Shown here in pieces: positions 21,401 through 29,603 of a stretch of DNA of 64,000 nt (positions are counted from its first letter, which is position 1; each line of letters starts with the position of its first letter). Below the pieces are notes generated by a model. That model did no database searches, was not told the DNA's origin, and saw only the letters and a list, made by a program, of their open reading frames with translations. The stretch covers positions 1 through 64,000 of IMG/VR virus record IMGVR_UViG_2593339199_000002, one strand, 5' to 3'. A program made the position numbers and the translations under genes. The DNA is from a virus. Its lineage: Duplodnaviria; Caudoviricetes.

Positions 21401-21847
21401 TTAATAGCTTTTTGCTGCGCCGCGGGCGTGGTTCGCCATGATCGAAGATGCATTCTGACGAGCTGACATGGCATTGTTTAGTCCCATCTGCTTCATGTAC
21501 TGCTGCCCGTCGCTTTGCTGGAACCCGCCGCCGAATGAACGGCTCTTGGCGCCAATGCCGGCTTTGACCTGATCAAGCCCGCGCGCGATCTCCGGCGCCA
21601 TCTGCAGCGCCATCACACCGAGCATCGTGGCTGCTCCGCCTGGCACCGCCATCCACAAGGCATTGCTAACTGCCGCCTTGCCGATAGCAACAGGCATGGA
21701 TTCCCCGTCCTTCATGCGAGTATAGGCGTCCAGGCCGATGAAGCCGTAGCCGGCCACCCCGCCCAGAACGCCTCTTGCCTTGGCTATGCCGCCTTTAGCT
21801 GTCTTTGGAACGGGATTTTGCGTATTGGCATTTGAGTTTGCAGCCAT
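21401..21847 (-). CDS. Gly/Ala-rich hypothetical protein
   Basis: ORF with GGAGG RBS. Confidence 0.6.
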   Translation of the reverse strand: MAANSNANTQNPVPKTAKGGIAKARGVLGGVAGYGFIGLDAYTRMKDGESMPVAIGKAAVSNALWMAVPGGAATMLGVMALQMAPEIARGLDQVKAGIGAKSRSFGGGFQQSDGQQYMKQMGLNNAMSARQNASSIMANHARGAAKSY

Positions 21848-21853
21848 CGCTCA

Positions 21854-22231
21854 TCAACCTCCATGCCGGAGATTATGCAGTGCAAACACAAGATCTCCGC
21901 TTGTCCCAACCGGGTCGAAGGTGGTCACCTTTTGGCCTTGATCCTGCGGATGCGTCTTGTAGCTTGCATCGTACGTCATGCCGTCCCCTTCGGTCTGCGG
22001 CAGCGAGTAGATATTCGGATCGAGGTTGTACATCAGCGCCGTCTCCCGGTTGTATCGATTCATTTGGTGAAAGCTCTCGTAGCCGGCATAAGCCGCGATC
22101 CCGCCTATTGCGACGCCCTTGCCTTTTCGGGACAAGCCGGCGCCCGTAAACAGGTTATTGACGCTGCGAGGCTTTCCTGTCTCGAATAAGCTTTTTGCGA
22201 ATTTGCCTGAAAATCGTGGCATCGTTATCAC
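21854..22231 (-). CDS. Hypothetical protein
   Basis: ORF in operon with one hydrophobic Gly-rich segment. Confidence 0.55.
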   Translation of the reverse strand: MITMPRFSGKFAKSLFETGKPRSVNNLFTGAGLSRKGKGVAIGGIAAYAGYESFHQMNRYNRETALMYNLDPNIYSLPQTEGDGMTYDASYKTHPQDQGQKVTTFDPVGTSGDLVFALHNLRHGG

Positions 22232-22236
22232 CTACC

Positions 22237-22584
22237 TTAGATCAATGGCACGCCGACCAGATCCCGCTGGCCTTGCGCGTTTCGGCTGATACCGCCGCCG
22301 CCGCCTATGCGGCTAACGGTGTCTGCAACGGCATAGCCGCCAAGACCAAGCGCTGCCGACCGCCCCATGCTGATGCTGCCCGGTTTCCACTTGAAGCCAC
22401 TCATGGTGCCATTCTTGCGGTACCAGTCTTCGGCTAATGCCCGGTCAGGCGCTTTCCGCAACATCGTTGTCAGTGGCGCTTCTGTTCTCCACGTCGATTT
22501 CGCATCTGCATACAACGATTTGGATTCTGCTTTAAGCGCGCTCCATGCGTTGAGGGCAAGATTTGCCTTTGGCATGTCGATCAT
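22237..22584 (-). CDS. Hypothetical protein
   Basis: ORF in operon with Gly-rich C-terminus. Confidence 0.55.
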   Translation of the reverse strand: MIDMPKANLALNAWSALKAESKSLYADAKSTWRTEAPLTTMLRKAPDRALAEDWYRKNGTMSGFKWKPGSISMGRSAALGLGGYAVADTVSRIGGGGGISRNAQGQRDLVGVPLI

Positions 22585-22614
22585 TCCTTTCTTTGATTTA
22601 TTTATGAGAAATGG

Positions 22615-23364
22615 TTACTTCTCATCGAACCCGATCGGCTCAACATCGATAATGGTTGGCGTGTTGTTGCCGGCCATTCGGCGATAATACGCCTGTTCTG
22701 CTTCATCCTCGTCGTCCTCAAGCTTCTTCATATCCTGCTGCGTTTTAATCAGCTCTGCAGCCCGCTGCGAGGCGTCAAGAACAAAGGTGGTCTTATTACC
22801 TTCCTTGTCTTTGCGCGTGCTGTTGAGCAGCTGGAGCGTCTTGTGCTTGGATGCGAGAAGCTTCTGCTTGTATTCGACAGCCGGATGTAGCTCGGAGCGG
22901 GTCATGGCATCCCCGTCTTCGTTGACGCTGATGGTATTCTCGATAATGAAATCCGCATCGATCGCCATCTTGTTGTCGCATCGCAGCATCTGGATATCCA
23001 GATCTACGACTTCCTTGACCATGATGAGATCGACCGTATTGCCCGGATCGTCGCGATCAATCTTGAGCGCCGTGATATAACGGTCGAACAAGTCTTCAAT
23101 CGCCGCGATTTCTATTGGACATTTTTCTCCATGAGGCGCCAGCTCCATTTGGTGCAGCTGACAAGAATCTTTATAAGGGCAGCCGTTCGATTTGCAGATA
23201 ATCGGAACGCTGGCATAAAGACCATGCTTGGTATTACGCAGCCGTTTGGCCACTTCGATCGCCTGGACTGCGTTTGGATTCTGCGTCCACGCTGTTGGGT
23301 TCAAATTCTGCGAAACGACCATCTTGCCGGCTTCTGTTTTCGGACCTGTATCACTCATGCACAT
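22615..23364 (-). CDS. Putative terminase small subunit
   Basis: GPKTEAGK..VSQN and TKHGLYA motifs; Cys cluster; upstream of terL. Confidence 0.55.
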   Translation of the reverse strand: MCMSDTGPKTEAGKMVVSQNLNPTAWTQNPNAVQAIEVAKRLRNTKHGLYASVPIICKSNGCPYKDSCQLHQMELAPHGEKCPIEIAAIEDLFDRYITALKIDRDDPGNTVDLIMVKEVVDLDIQMLRCDNKMAIDADFIIENTISVNEDGDAMTRSELHPAVEYKQKLLASKHKTLQLLNSTRKDKEGNKTTFVLDASQRAAELIKTQQDMKKLEDDEDEAEQAYYRRMAGNNTPTIIDVEPIGFDEK

Positions 23365-23500
23365 TCTCCTCTCTAAAGACCAAAAAGAGGTAGCACCAAT
23401 GCCCCTTCATTGTCCGAATCGGTGCTTTATGGGCGGTCTACCCCTTATGATTATTGTACATGCAAGGCGTCTGCGCCCTGAAACGCAGCCAGATCCGGCC

Positions 23501-23530
23501 AACAAAAAAGAGCCCCCGCCTGGGAGCTCC
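23501..23530 (-). terminator. Terminator after the partition operon
   Basis: Minus-strand GAGCTCCC/GGGGGCTC stem followed by a T-tract. Confidence 0.6.
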
Positions 23531-23543
23531 TTCTGATCGAATC

Positions 23544-23726
23544 CTATTCAGTTCCGTTGTTTTTCTCAATATCCCTGTTATTTCCTTGCAATCTCTGCGC
23601 CTTGTCAATTTCCAAGCCTAGCAAGAGCAGGCGCCGCGCCTCATACGCCTGATCACCCTTGTTTATCGGCTCGAAATGTTCACGCAGCTTGGTGTCCGCC
23701 TCTCGAAGCGTGACTTGCAGCCTCAT
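23544..23726 (-). CDS. Ribbon-helix-helix adaptor (ParR-like)
   Basis: Alternating strand RLQVTL followed by helices; coupled to the actin-like gene. Confidence 0.6.
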   Translation of the reverse strand: MRLQVTLREADTKLREHFEPINKGDQAYEARRLLLLGLEIDKAQRLQGNNRDIEKNNGTE

Positions 23727-24928
23727 GCCGCATCACCCTCGAATACTGGCAGCACATACTCCTCGTAAGCAGAGGTTTGGCCAATTTGATTGGAAAGCAG
23801 CAGCGCGCCGACCATATAGAAACCGATGACGTTTGCGAATTGCGGATTATCAAGTGCAACCATGATGTCGATGCCCTTCTCGGCGAACAGCTTCTGAAGC
23901 GCTTCGGTGAAGATATACGCGCCGCCGCCGGTCAGATAGATCGCATTGAGACGGTACACTTCGTCGCCCCATGCATCGAGAACGGCCTTCGAGATAATCG
24001 GCGCCACTTCGTCCACGGCCTCCTGGATCTCGGCCGAAACATCGATCGGCCTGTTCAGGTGCAGGATCTCTTTCGTTCGGATCGCTTGATCTAAGTCCTC
24101 ATCGGTTACCTTGATCCGCTTGCCCATCGCATCGAACTTCGCGACGATCAGCTTGCGCAGCGCGTCGTAGACGGCCGTGGTGGCCACTGTCGAGATAATA
24201 TGGTCCTTGCGGCGATCATCTAGCGTCCCATTCACGAACAGGGCTGCGTCAGTCGTACCGTGACCAATATCGATTACGCCAAGGTTTTTGTATTTCACGT
24301 TGTTAATCAGGAACCTCACGCGGTCAAAGAGGAAACTGTCATATGTAACCGATCCTTCCGGCTGGCGAAGCACCAGGCAGCCGACGATGTTGATCTTCTT
24401 CTTCACTGTGATGGGCTTCTTGCCATGACGATCGTAGCCGACGTGGAAATCAATCTCGTAGCTGCCGGTCAGAAATTCTTCGAGGTCCGTCCGGATATTC
24501 AGGTCGTAGTCTGCGTTCGGAACACCGGTTACGATGAACACGTCATACTCGCCTTCTTCATGCGGCACCGACATTGCTGTTGCTGTCTTAAACAGTACGC
24601 GGCTCACGGCATCCTTTGCACGGTTACGGTCGCGGGTCCGGTTCGACGCGCCCATGTCCACCTGGAGGGCCTGCATGCCGACGTAATGCGTCTCGCCTTC
24701 GATCGTAACCAGGAGCTCGTCCTTGTTGATCTCACCGCCGAAACCAACGGCGCCTTCTGCCCTGCCGGACATAGCTGTGCTTGGAAAGCTGTCTCCTGCA
24801 TTCAAGAAATTGGACAAGAGTTTCGTAATGCCAAATCCGATATCGATACCGACGAGGTACGTCTTCTTCGTTTGCTGAGCTGGAGCAACTGCTGCGGCCT
24901 CTGTAGCCTTGGCTTTTCCTACTGGCAT
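23723..24928 (-). CDS. parM: ParM/StbA-family actin-like ATPase
   Basis: GIDIGFGITK, QPEG, VIDIGHGTTD, LTGGGA and PQFANVIGF actin-fold motifs. Confidence 0.9.
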   Translation of the reverse strand: MPVGKAKATEAAAVAPAQQTKKTYLVGIDIGFGITKLLSNFLNAGDSFPSTAMSGRAEGAVGFGGEINKDELLVTIEGETHYVGMQALQVDMGASNRTRDRNRAKDAVSRVLFKTATAMSVPHEEGEYDVFIVTGVPNADYDLNIRTDLEEFLTGSYEIDFHVGYDRHGKKPITVKKKINIVGCLVLRQPEGSVTYDSFLFDRVRFLINNVKYKNLGVIDIGHGTTDAALFVNGTLDDRRKDHIISTVATTAVYDALRKLIVAKFDAMGKRIKVTDEDLDQAIRTKEILHLNRPIDVSAEIQEAVDEVAPIISKAVLDAWGDEVYRLNAIYLTGGGAYIFTEALQKLFAEKGIDIMVALDNPQFANVIGFYMVGALLLSNQIGQTSAYEEYVLPVFEGDAA

Positions 24929-25063
24929 TTAATTTCCTCCTGATTACTTGATTATACTCACATTTACTCATTTCTACTATCAATGAGTAAATTCTACCAC
25001 TATTAATCTATGAACACAAGCAAAACTTTCCTTTAATTTTCTCTTAATATCTCCGTTTTTCTA

Positions 25064-25110
25064 CAAAAAAGAACAGCCTGCAGGTGTGCCTTCCTGCGGG
25101 CTGTTCTTTG
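25064..25110 (-). terminator. Terminator ending the tRNA operon transcript
   Basis: AAAGAACAGCC...GGCTGTTCTTT stem with T-tract. Confidence 0.7.
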
Positions 25111-25181
25111 ATTTGATATGGCGTCACAAAAGGGCGGAGATCCTCGTGCGTGACAGTATTTTAAGCCTTCCGGCCTAAAAT

Positions 25182-25361
25182 TTATTCGCTATCAGCCGGT
25201 CGTTCTTGATAGACGCCGACGCGGCAGTCTTGACAGAGCTCGTGGTTCAGCTCCTCCGTCGTTTTGGGTGAGCCTTGGCAGACGTCGTTAATGATCCGCA
25301 TCTGGACTTGGCAATCCGGGCACTTCACGATCCGGCGCCACGGCCACACTTCGATGGGCAT
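25182..25361 (-). CDS. Small Zn-ribbon protein
   Basis: CPDC...CQDC; RBS GAGGTG. Confidence 0.5.
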   Translation of the reverse strand: MPIEVWPWRRIVKCPDCQVQMRIINDVCQGSPKTTEELNHELCQDCRVGVYQERPADSE

Positions 25362-25371
25362 TACAATCACC

Positions 25372-25629
25372 TCAATAGATGATGGCCTCAATCCCCTCGC
25401 TGGTCGTAACCAGTTTAAGACAACCGCGGAACTGCAGCGATCCTTGGGTATGGGGACTGTCAGGTGTATTTTTCGTCGAAAACGGGACCGATGAGGTGAC
25501 GTTCATCACGTAGTGCGTCTGCCCTTTGCACTTGACGACCCAAGGTGCAATGCCAGGATTGCCGATGCTTTTCTTGTTGAAATGAAAGACGACCCTGGTG
25601 GTTACGTCACTAACGATTTCCTCGATCAT
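25372..25629 (-). CDS. Hypothetical protein
   Basis: ORF with RBS immediately after tRNA-Cys. Confidence 0.55.
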   Translation of the reverse strand: MIEEIVSDVTTRVVFHFNKKSIGNPGIAPWVVKCKGQTHYVMNVTSSVPFSTKNTPDSPHTQGSLQFRGCLKLVTTSEGIEAIIY

Positions 25630-25653
25630 CGGTTCACCGCCTATGCTTAAATT

Positions 25654-25728
25654 TGGAGCGGGATGATGGATTCGAACCACCGTCTCTCAGTTTGCAACCG
25701 AGTGCCTTAACCACTTGGCTAATCCCGC
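25654..25728 (-). tRNA. tRNA-Cys(GCA)
   Basis: Cloverleaf GCGGGAT...CTCGG-TTGCAAA-CTGAG...GGTTCGAATCC...T-CCA; U73 discriminator. Confidence 0.9.
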
Positions 25729-25731
25729 AGA

Positions 25732-25809
25732 TGGAGCGCAGAGAAGGATTCGAACCTCCGAATGGCCGGCTTGCGAGCCAGCTGCGTTAAGCCGCTTCGC
25801 CATCTGCGC
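25732..25809 (-). tRNA. Atypical tRNA with Cys-like body and 8-nt anticodon loop CUCGCAAG
   Basis: GCGCAGA/TCTGCGC acceptor, U73, encoded CCA, normal T arm; anticodon stem GCTGG/CCGGC encloses 8 nt. Confidence 0.75.
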
Positions 25810-25813
25810 ATGA

Positions 25814-25885
25814 TGGTGGAACGAGCTGGGTTACTCTCCCCAAGCATTTCTCGGTAGGGCATTCCCACCCGAGCCGCGCTGATCC
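25814..25885 (-). ncRNA. tRNA-like RNA ending in ACCA, lacking canonical D and T loops
   Basis: 72 nt between tRNAs with short spacers; GGA/TCC-ACCA ends and two internal hairpins. Confidence 0.5.
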
Positions 25886-25892
25886 ATAGGTA

Positions 25893-25979
25893 TGGCTCTC
25901 CAGATGGGACTCGAACCCATGACATCGTAGGCATGTTATCGCCGGCTTCTACGTGCTCTATCTTCTGAGCTACTGGAGA
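25893..25979 (-). tRNA. Atypical tRNA with 18-nt anticodon loop (identity undetermined)
   Basis: Perfect acceptor TCTCCAG/CTGGAGA, D arm GCTC/GAGC, T arm ATGGG-TTCGAGT-CCCAT and CCA; stem CGTAG/CTACG encloses AAGCCGGCGATAACATGC. Confidence 0.75.
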
Positions 25980-25983
25980 GATA

Positions 25984-26059
25984 TGGCTGACCGACCAGGG
26001 CTCGAACCTGGGACCCACGGATTAACAGTCCGTTGCTCTACCGACTGAGCTATCGATCA
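25984..26059 (-). tRNA. tRNA-Asn(GTT)
   Basis: Canonical 76-nt cloverleaf, ACGGA-CTGTTAA-TCCGT, G73, CCA. Confidence 0.93.
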
Positions 26060-26317
26060 ATAATGAGAAACCTGTTCACCAGTCTCAAATTGAATTGGCA
26101 CCGGTGAACGCCAGTTCCTCTTTTTTGCGGTGATACAAGTACGCCTTCGAGCCACCGCGGCTTTAAGAGAACACGCACAAGTTTCAAGAAAGATGTCGCC
26201 CTCGCCCGACTGCTGCGCGTATCAGCAACCAGACGAGAACGACGGTGCCAAAGATTGCTCCAAAACCGAGAGAGGAGAGGCTATCATGAACAGCCCAGGC
26301 ATCGCTGCCTGTCTCTT

Positions 26318-26348
26318 ATTATACACATATTGTAATGCATTACAATAT
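26318..26348 (-). promoter_or_regulatory. SigA-type promoter of the tRNA operon overlapped by a perfect 22-bp palindromic operator
   Basis: Minus-strand TGTGTATAAT extended -10; palindrome ATATTGTAATGCATTACAATAT at 26327-26348. Confidence 0.65.
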
Positions 26349-26383
26349 ATATTTTCGATTATCTTCACTTTCCTCTATTATCT

Positions 26384-27094
26384 TCATGTATACCATGTCC
26401 CTTCGTCTTCTCCTGCGCTCCAATCGCACATGTATTCCATGCGATACACACGATCGGTCATATATCTGCGCATCTCTTGAACGCTTGCCAGACGCTCTGG
26501 GAATGACTCTGCCGTGATTGTGGCCGTATATCCACTCTGTGCTGCCGCATAGGCATGGAACTGCTTAAAGGTCGTGTCTTCCGGTGTACAAATGGATCCT
26601 ACAAAGACGACATCGCTGTTCATACGATTGTAGTACCTTGCGATCGTGTCGATGTTACCAATGTCGATCCGGGACTCCGGCTCATCATAGAGCAGCTGCT
26701 TGTTGCTTGTATAATCCATGACGTATCCCAGGAGCGAGTGTTCGACGCTGATCGTATGACTGTTGACATACAGCTCCATCCTGTCGTTGCTGTCGCGCGT
26801 AATTTGCGCGTCAAATCCGAACAACTCTATTGCAAGATTACATAGCTGCTCGAAATACCTGCGCTTCATTGACCTGTGAGGTGCCATGATGATCGCATCT
26901 TTATCACGCTTTAATATGGCTCGTTTCAAGAGCGCGGTTGTCTTCCCGGTTCCCCGTGCGGCGATGATACTGATAAGCCGTGCGTCGGAGTGGATGAATC
27001 TTTCCCAGGAATCATAGCCCTCTGCGAGAACGACCGACGGCAGCGGTTCTGGATGGGCTTCCAAATAAGGGGCCAATAATTCCATTAGATTCAC
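26384..27094 (-). CDS. Stand-alone terminase-like P-loop ATPase domain
   Basis: RGTGKTT, LLYDE and C-terminal YRMEYMCDW typical of the end of terminase ATPase domains. Confidence 0.6.
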   Translation of the reverse strand: MNLMELLAPYLEAHPEPLPSVVLAEGYDSWERFIHSDARLISIIAARGTGKTTALLKRAILKRDKDAIIMAPHRSMKRRYFEQLCNLAIELFGFDAQITRDSNDRMELYVNSHTISVEHSLLGYVMDYTSNKQLLYDEPESRIDIGNIDTIARYYNRMNSDVVFVGSICTPEDTTFKQFHAYAAAQSGYTATITAESFPERLASVQEMRRYMTDRVYRMEYMCDWSAGEDEGTWYT

Positions 27095-27326
27095 CTGCCT
27101 CTATGAAGCGCGGCCCGACGTAATTCACCTTGTGGCCATCCACCTCGATCATCTCATTTACTTCCTCGAACCAGAGTTCGATCTTGCGGAACCAGAGCTC
27201 GCCCTCATTATCGACGTAGGCCACCTTCGTCTCTTGCGTTGCTTCGTCCTTGCCGATGCCGGCCACCCGGTAGATTTTGCGATTTCGGAAATGGCGGTAT
27301 AGGCCGTTGATTCTTGGTGTTTTCAT
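27012..27326 (-). CDS. DUF1653-like protein
   Basis: YRHFRN.K.Y.V.G and LWFR....F.E...PRF. Confidence 0.7.
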   Translation of the reverse strand: MKTPRINGLYRHFRNRKIYRVAGIGKDEATQETKVAYVDNEGELWFRKIELWFEEVNEMIEVDGHKVNYVGPRFIEAGESNGIIGPLFGSPSRTAAVGRSRRGL

Positions 27327-27395
27327 GTTGAGATCCCCTATCCCCTCATATAGGCCGAAGGCCGTCAAAATTTTTTTTAATTTAGCGCCGAGTTC

Positions 27396-29123
27396 TTATA
27401 CATTGTTTACGTCTATCGTCCCTCGCGTAATATAGTCACCGTAGGTTGCACAAAACGCATCCACGATAACAATATCATTCGGCGATAAAACGGTAGACTT
27501 TGCGGCATAAAAATTGATCTTGATGCTTGTTCCCGTAAAAGTCTCAGGAATGATGAATCTATCTACGTACATCATTTGTTGCGCACCAGATAACGTAAGA
27601 GCTTTTAGGGTGCCTAGAACTGTTCCCATGGAGTCTGTAACTTCGACTGTGCCGTCAGGCGAATTGTATGTCCTGTAGTTTGCAGCGAGATAAATGGGTG
27701 CCCCTCTTAATGCCACGCTTACAGGTACGGTGTAAGTGATCTTATTGCCAGTCATCGTTCCATTTGCAGACTCACTAGGTAGCAGGTTTTCAGCCAGCTG
27801 CTCCAACTTCCCGAAACGTCTGATTCCATTTACCTTTCCACCAAATACCACTCCTGCTTGCGGGCCATCGGTTAATGTAATGGTGGCATCAAACGTATTG
27901 TTTACAGTCAGATTTTCAGGTATCTCGTCCACTGTTACATCCTTGTTGTTATTCGCAACAATTCTATTGCCACTATACTTAGCGAGATCAACCACGGTAT
28001 CGTCCAAGTTGTCGTAGAAAGCATCCGTGTCGATGGATGTTACAGATGAAATCCAAGGAGAGGCAGAATAGATGATACTTCCGACACAAGCATTGCCATC
28101 CGCATAGCGATTCCCCCTGAAACTGAATCTACGGGTAGAGCCAATTCCCTCTAGGCAAATGACATGCTTCGGAGATATAGGCGAACCAGCCATATCGCTT
28201 ACCGTGCCCTTGATGAAATGATTGTTATCTATTTGCATGTTGCCTTGCTGATCTCCGTATATTTGAATGTACCCTTCATACGATTCAGACAAGTTCATTT
28301 TACTTCCGCCAGATGTTAACAAGCTGCCACAACGACTGAACGTGTTGTCAACGACCGAAATATCTTTATTCAATTGCTTTAGCTGAATGCCAACGCCAGA
28401 AACCCGATCAAACCAATTGCTTTGGATCATGTTGTTGTCACAGCCATATAAACTAATCGCCGCTTCACGATCAATCCACTCGAAACGATTATTGAATATC
28501 CGGCTTGCTCTGGCTTGCACCAAATCAAAGCCTTTGCTTGCAACAAAGATGTTAAATGAGAACTCACAGTCGATCATGCGTCCAGAGAAGGCTACAATGT
28601 TAACCGCATTGGGAGATTGATTATATAGCGTGAAAGCACAACGCCAAAAGTGGAAGTTATGGTATTGATCCGTAGTATTTGACGGAGCATCCAATACTCT
28701 CATGTTTTTAAATGAGCATTCCGTTATGTTCGCTGTACGAGGACTACAAGGCACGAATAATCTAGTGAATCCAGTAAAAGAAAGGTTTCTTAGCGTAAAG
28801 TGCCACCCTTGATCTGCCGCATCGAAAAGTTCTTTTGTATAATCCCCTTTTAAAACAGAACCCCCATTTTTAAATACATCCCCGTAGTTTGATCCAGACC
28901 AATAATCCTTTACCGTAGACTCTCCCACAAAGGTCAAATTGTCGTAACGCTCCAATCTGCCAAGAACGAGCCATTCACTCGCTGGAATGTAGATGGTTTT
29001 ACAGAAAAGACTATCTTGCGCCATATCAATGGCCTTTTGAATTGCTGCGGTATTATCAAACGTACTATTCTGCGAAACTGGTGTGGCTCCGAAAGTGGTT
29101 ATATCAAAATAATTGCCATTCAT
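27396..29123 (-). CDS. Pectate-lyase-like beta-helix protein (putative polysaccharide depolymerase)
   Basis: FGA...DNTAAIQKAID...TIYIP motif and Asn-ladder repeats. Confidence 0.7.
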   Translation of the reverse strand: MNGNYFDITTFGATPVSQNSTFDNTAAIQKAIDMAQDSLFCKTIYIPASEWLVLGRLERYDNLTFVGESTVKDYWSGSNYGDVFKNGGSVLKGDYTKELFDAADQGWHFTLRNLSFTGFTRLFVPCSPRTANITECSFKNMRVLDAPSNTTDQYHNFHFWRCAFTLYNQSPNAVNIVAFSGRMIDCEFSFNIFVASKGFDLVQARASRIFNNRFEWIDREAAISLYGCDNNMIQSNWFDRVSGVGIQLKQLNKDISVVDNTFSRCGSLLTSGGSKMNLSESYEGYIQIYGDQQGNMQIDNNHFIKGTVSDMAGSPISPKHVICLEGIGSTRRFSFRGNRYADGNACVGSIIYSASPWISSVTSIDTDAFYDNLDDTVVDLAKYSGNRIVANNNKDVTVDEIPENLTVNNTFDATITLTDGPQAGVVFGGKVNGIRRFGKLEQLAENLLPSESANGTMTGNKITYTVPVSVALRGAPIYLAANYRTYNSPDGTVEVTDSMGTVLGTLKALTLSGAQQMMYVDRFIIPETFTGTSIKINFYAAKSTVLSPNDIVIVDAFCATYGDYITRGTIDVNNV

Positions 29124-29312
29124 TTTCCTTGCATCTCCTAATCTTCTTCACGTAGTTTGTTTTTTCTTGGTGTCGTCCGAGCCCAGGCTTTAAAAAAATA
29201 GTCGTCGCAGGTCTTGTCCCGAAGAACGACTTCCTTGTGCTTGCAGCAAAAGCCGAGCGCTTCCGGCGCATACCGGTCACGGTAGAGCTGTACGCATGAA
29301 ATGCATGTCCGT

Positions 29313-29588
29313 TCACTTCCCTGGTTCATACAGTTCACCCGCCATTCCAAGGAGCTCGCGGGCAAGCGAGAACCGGCCGAAGTCATAATCACCGTCCCGA
29401 TCTGCCAGCTCTGCCTTCCTCTTTTCTTCCTTAATTCGATCGATTAGTGCCTGATGGCGCTGCTTCTGGTTCTCCATGTCCTGGATGCCCATGCTATACC
29501 CATGATTGAATCCTTCTGAATAGATGGTGGCATCTGCTGCCTTCTGAGACTCGCGTAGCGCCTTCGGCAAATGTTTTCTTTTGGTCAT
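29313..29588 (-). CDS. Hypothetical protein
   Basis: ORF with GGAGG RBS. Confidence 0.55.
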   Translation of the reverse strand: MTKRKHLPKALRESQKAADATIYSEGFNHGYSMGIQDMENQKQRHQALIDRIKEEKRKAELADRDGDYDFGRFSLARELLGMAGELYEPGK

Positions 29589-29603
29589 GGGTGCATGCCT
29601 CCA

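Noticed and set aside
25120-25200. Resemblance to a c-di-GMP-I riboswitch (AAGCCTTCCGGCCTAA) and a CCA-ended minihelix on the minus strand
   Set aside because: Lacks the GGCAAA/GNRA/GCAAA core; better explained as 3' UTR hairpins before the terminator
26062-26160. Pistol-ribozyme-like GCGTTCACCGG...GGTT on the minus strand
   Set aside because: No room for the pseudoknot strand between P2 and GCGU; folds as a simple long hairpin
25719-26480. ORFs 25719..26018 and 26130..26480
   Set aside because: They overlap tRNAs and the structured leader; spurious
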